This document shows, piece by piece, positions 61,791 through 64,000 of a DNA stretch of 64,000 nt (position 1 is its first letter; each line of letters opens with the position of its first letter). The DNA lies in contig JACRNU010000030.1 in NCBI GenBank assembly GCA_016234805.1, positions 27,406 to 91,405 of the forward strand. The letters are read 5' to 3'. The translations under genes were made by a program, and so were the position numbers. The notes under the pieces were generated by a model. It searched no databases. It had not been told where the DNA came from and saw nothing but the letters and a program-made list of their open reading frames with translations. The DNA is from Elusimicrobiota bacterium (GTDB lineage Bacteria > Elusimicrobiota > Elusimicrobia > UBA1565 > UBA9628).

Positions 61791-62795
61791 TCAGGCCCGT
61801 CCGGACCCCATGTCGATGACCGAGTTGTCGCCGATGTTGAGCCGCTGTGAGGCGCCGGTCAGGGTCACCGAGTCTCCGATGATGGAGTCGTTGAGCATGA
61901 CGTTGGTCAGGTCCGCTTCCGCGTTGACCACCGAGTCCTTGATGACCGAGTCCTCGATCACGCAGCCTTCCGCCACCGACACGAAGGGGCCGATGACCGA
62001 GTGGACCACCTTGGCCGAGGGGTGGATGAAGACCGGAGGGATGATGACGCTCCCTTCGATGGCGGGGGTGGTCTTGGAGGAGCGCTCGAGCAGGTAGCGG
62101 TTGGTGGCGAGCAGGGTCTCGGGCTTGCCGCAGTCGAGCCACTCCTCGATCTCAGGCGCCGCGAGCCGGGAGCCGGCCGCGATCATGAGCTTGAAGACAG
62201 CCGGGAGGTAATACTCTCCCTTGACGGTGAGCTTGGCTTCGATGGCCTTCTGGATGAAGCCCATGAAGGCCGCCCCGTCCTTGACGTAGTAGAGCCCCAC
62301 CTGGGCCAGCTTGCTGACCGGTCGGTCGGGCTTCTCGATCATGTCCGCGATGGCGCCGTCCTTCATGACATTGACGCCGAAGCGCTTGTAGTCCTCCACT
62401 TCCTTGGAATAGATCAGGCCGTCGTATTTCGCGCAGAGCTTGGGGATGCGCGTGAGGTCCGTGACGAAGAGCGTGTCGTTGAACACGATGAGGAGGTCGT
62501 CGCCCTTCTTGACGTGCGGGGCGGCCAGGGACACCGCGTGCGCGGGCCCGAGGAGCTCGACCTGGGGCAGGAAGACCGCGTTCGCCTTGGGGAAATGGCT
62601 CCGGAAGAACTCCTCCACCACCGCGCCGTTCTCGTCCGTGATGAGGATGAACTGGTCCACCTTGAGCCCGGCCAGGTTGTCCATCACGTGCTCGAGCACG
62701 GTCTTGCCGGCCACGCGCACCAAGGACTTGGGCTTGGTGTGCGTGTGCGGACGCAGGCGCGTGCCTTTGCCGGCGACCGGAAGGATGATCTTCAT
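61791..62795 (-). CDS. Sugar-phosphate nucleotidyltransferase (NTP_transferase plus a C-terminal hexapeptide-repeat domain).
   Basis: MKIILPVAGKGTRLRPHTHTKPKSLV (G-x-G-T-R-L); the C-terminus carries repeated I/V-x-D-S-V-I hexapeptides. Start at the internal ATG at 62795; upstream codons in the track ORF are low-complexity. Confidence 0.75.
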   Translation of the reverse strand: MKIILPVAGKGTRLRPHTHTKPKSLVRVAGKTVLEHVMDNLAGLKVDQFILITDENGAVVEEFFRSHFPKANAVFLPQVELLGPAHAVSLAAPHVKKGDDLLIVFNDTLFVTDLTRIPKLCAKYDGLIYSKEVEDYKRFGVNVMKDGAIADMIEKPDRPVSKLAQVGLYYVKDGAAFMGFIQKAIEAKLTVKGEYYLPAVFKLMIAAGSRLAAPEIEEWLDCGKPETLLATNRYLLERSSKTTPAIEGSVIIPPVFIHPSAKVVHSVIGPFVSVAEGCVIEDSVIKDSVVNAEADLTNVMLNDSIIGDSVTLTGASQRLNIGDNSVIDMGSGRA

Positions 62796-62933
62796 GGATG
62801 CCTCCAGAGGAGGGTATTCTCGGATATCAGGCCCGTCGTTGGCAAATCCGCGGGCGCGCGGCGCCATGGACATGACGGAAATCCCGGCGCAGGACGGGAT
62901 GCCTGCAATATTGATAATATGCTCGAAGAGATC

Positions 62934-63656
62934 ATGAAAGGCCGCCTGATGCCCCGCTTGACAGCCATCCTGTTCGCCGCGGCCCTTTCCAGCGCCTGTG
63001 TCCCCCTGCAGTTGAGGCCCTACCCCATCAATGCCCAGGCCGAGGACCTTGGGATCCGGCCGCAGGACAAGCAGCCGCTCAGCGTCGCCGTCGTGGTCCC
63101 CGATCCGATGGGCAACCGCATGCTGGTCACGACGCGTATCTGCGGCGTGGGGGCGATCTTCTGCAATGATTTCGTCAAAGACGTCACTTCGACGCAGGAC
63201 TTGGACAACCTGTTTCCCGTCGCCCGGGAGTTGAGCAAGGTCGCCCAGGACACCTTCAGCCAGGCGTTCAGGCATGTGACCGTGCTCAGGCAGCTGCCTC
63301 AGCCGGGAGAATACGATGTGGTGGCCGCTATCTCCATCATCGAGACGCGGCTGAATCGCTCCACGAAGATGACGCTCAAGGCGGCCGACGCGGGCGAGAT
63401 CGTCTTCGTCTTCCAGTGGCAATTGAGAGTCCTGGACAAGGAGAACGTCGAGCTGTTCAGCAGAAAAGACATCACCCCGCCCTCTGAGACGAATCGATTC
63501 CAGACCGCGGCCTCTCTCGGCTTCAGCTCCGGCCCGCTCAACGGGACGCCGGCCTACCTGGAGGCCGTGGGAGCCACGGCCGCGGACCGGCTGGCGTGGA
63601 TCGCCAGGGAGTGCGCGGGGATGGTGGCCGGATCCAAGCCGAAGGAGCGTCCATGA
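62934..63656 (+). CDS. Hypothetical lipoprotein.
   Basis: MKGRLMPRLTAILFAAALSSAC is a lipobox; it is the in-frame portion of track ORF 62001..63656. Confidence 0.45.
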   Translation: MKGRLMPRLTAILFAAALSSACVPLQLRPYPINAQAEDLGIRPQDKQPLSVAVVVPDPMGNRMLVTTRICGVGAIFCNDFVKDVTSTQDLDNLFPVARELSKVAQDTFSQAFRHVTVLRQLPQPGEYDVVAAISIIETRLNRSTKMTLKAADAGEIVFVFQWQLRVLDKENVELFSRKDITPPSETNRFQTAASLGFSSGPLNGTPAYLEAVGATAADRLAWIARECAGMVAGSKPKERP

Positions 63657-64000
63657 AGAAGAGTCTGGCCGTCGCGTTGGGTTCCATCCTGTCCTTCGGC
63701 TGCGCCTCGCTGAGGCCGACCTTCCTGCGCACGGACGCGATTATCCCTCTGGAGCGGGCCGAGGACCACGCGGGGCCGGCCGTCTTCTTGGCGAGGTTCG
63801 ACCCCATCATGGACGACCGCGCGGACCGCACCGCCGTGGGCTACAAGCTGCCCCTGAACTCGCCGGCCCCGATCAACACGGACCGGCCCGTCACCGAGGT
63901 CTTCGAGAAGGTCGTCAAGGGGGCCATGGGACGCAAGGGGGTCCGTGCCGGCGAATCGCCCTTTATCCTCAAGGGCTCGGTGAAGGTGGCCAACCTTTCC
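63653..64000 (+). CDS. Hypothetical lipoprotein, 3' partial.
   Basis: MKKSLAVALGSILSFGC is a lipobox; ATGA overlap with the upstream gene; runs off the window. Confidence 0.4.
   Translation, partial: MKKSLAVALGSILSFGCASLRPTFLRTDAIIPLERAEDHAGPAVFLARFDPIMDDRADRTAVGYKLPLNSPAPINTDRPVTEVFEKVVKGAMGRKGVRAGESPFILKGSVKVANLS

Overview
High-GC (~68%) bacterial chromosomal window with dense, mostly operonic coding on both strands; no rRNA, tRNA or CRISPR array was recognised. The left third holds housekeeping and accessory genes: a YyaL-type thioredoxin-domain protein, YajQ, SAM-dependent methyltransferases, an HNH nuclease, an XRE regulator, a pair of M16 peptidase homologs, and an ABC-2 exporter. The centre (about 14.6-25.3 kb, all on the minus strand and tightly overlapping) is the most interesting part. 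It looks like a RiPP-type peptide-modification cluster: a previously uncalled 54-aa Cys-rich precursor candidate with a strong RBS; a radical SAM/SPASM maturase; two PqqD-family (RRE-like) proteins; a large B12-binding radical SAM protein with a TPR tail; an HPr-kinase-like P-loop kinase; a three-domain fusion (S24/S26 peptidase-like + GT2 glycosyltransferase + class I methyltransferase); further methyltransferase and GNAT genes; and an SGNH hydrolase. The kinase and the two radical SAM/PqqD modules resemble the Geobacter 'GeoRSP' and phospho-lasso peptide kinase systems. Downstream of the cluster are tandem GT-C-like membrane protein paralogs (one internally deleted) and a PF14907-like nucleotidyltransferase. 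Further right come a Wza/Wzc/ExeA-like EPS export block next to two paralogous giant coiled-coil proteins (one 1365 aa with ~180-bp tandem repeats), an AbiEi/AbiEii toxin-antitoxin pair with a palindromic operator, an ECF sigma/anti-sigma pair, and metK. Then a GDP-mannose synthesis block (PMM, cupin PMI, ManC) with ArnT-like, GT9 and GT2 transferases. Finally an Rrf2(NsrR-like)-hcp-ferredoxin-octaheme cytochrome c operon with a palindromic operator, mgtE, and several lipoproteins. Two long homopolymeric G/C tracts (15 and 10 nt) lie inside CDSs. Note: around 18.7-18.9 kb the reading frame of the precursor and the start of the kinase follow the provided ORF track; my own reading of the raw text there was off by one base and could not be reconciled, so those calls rest on the track.
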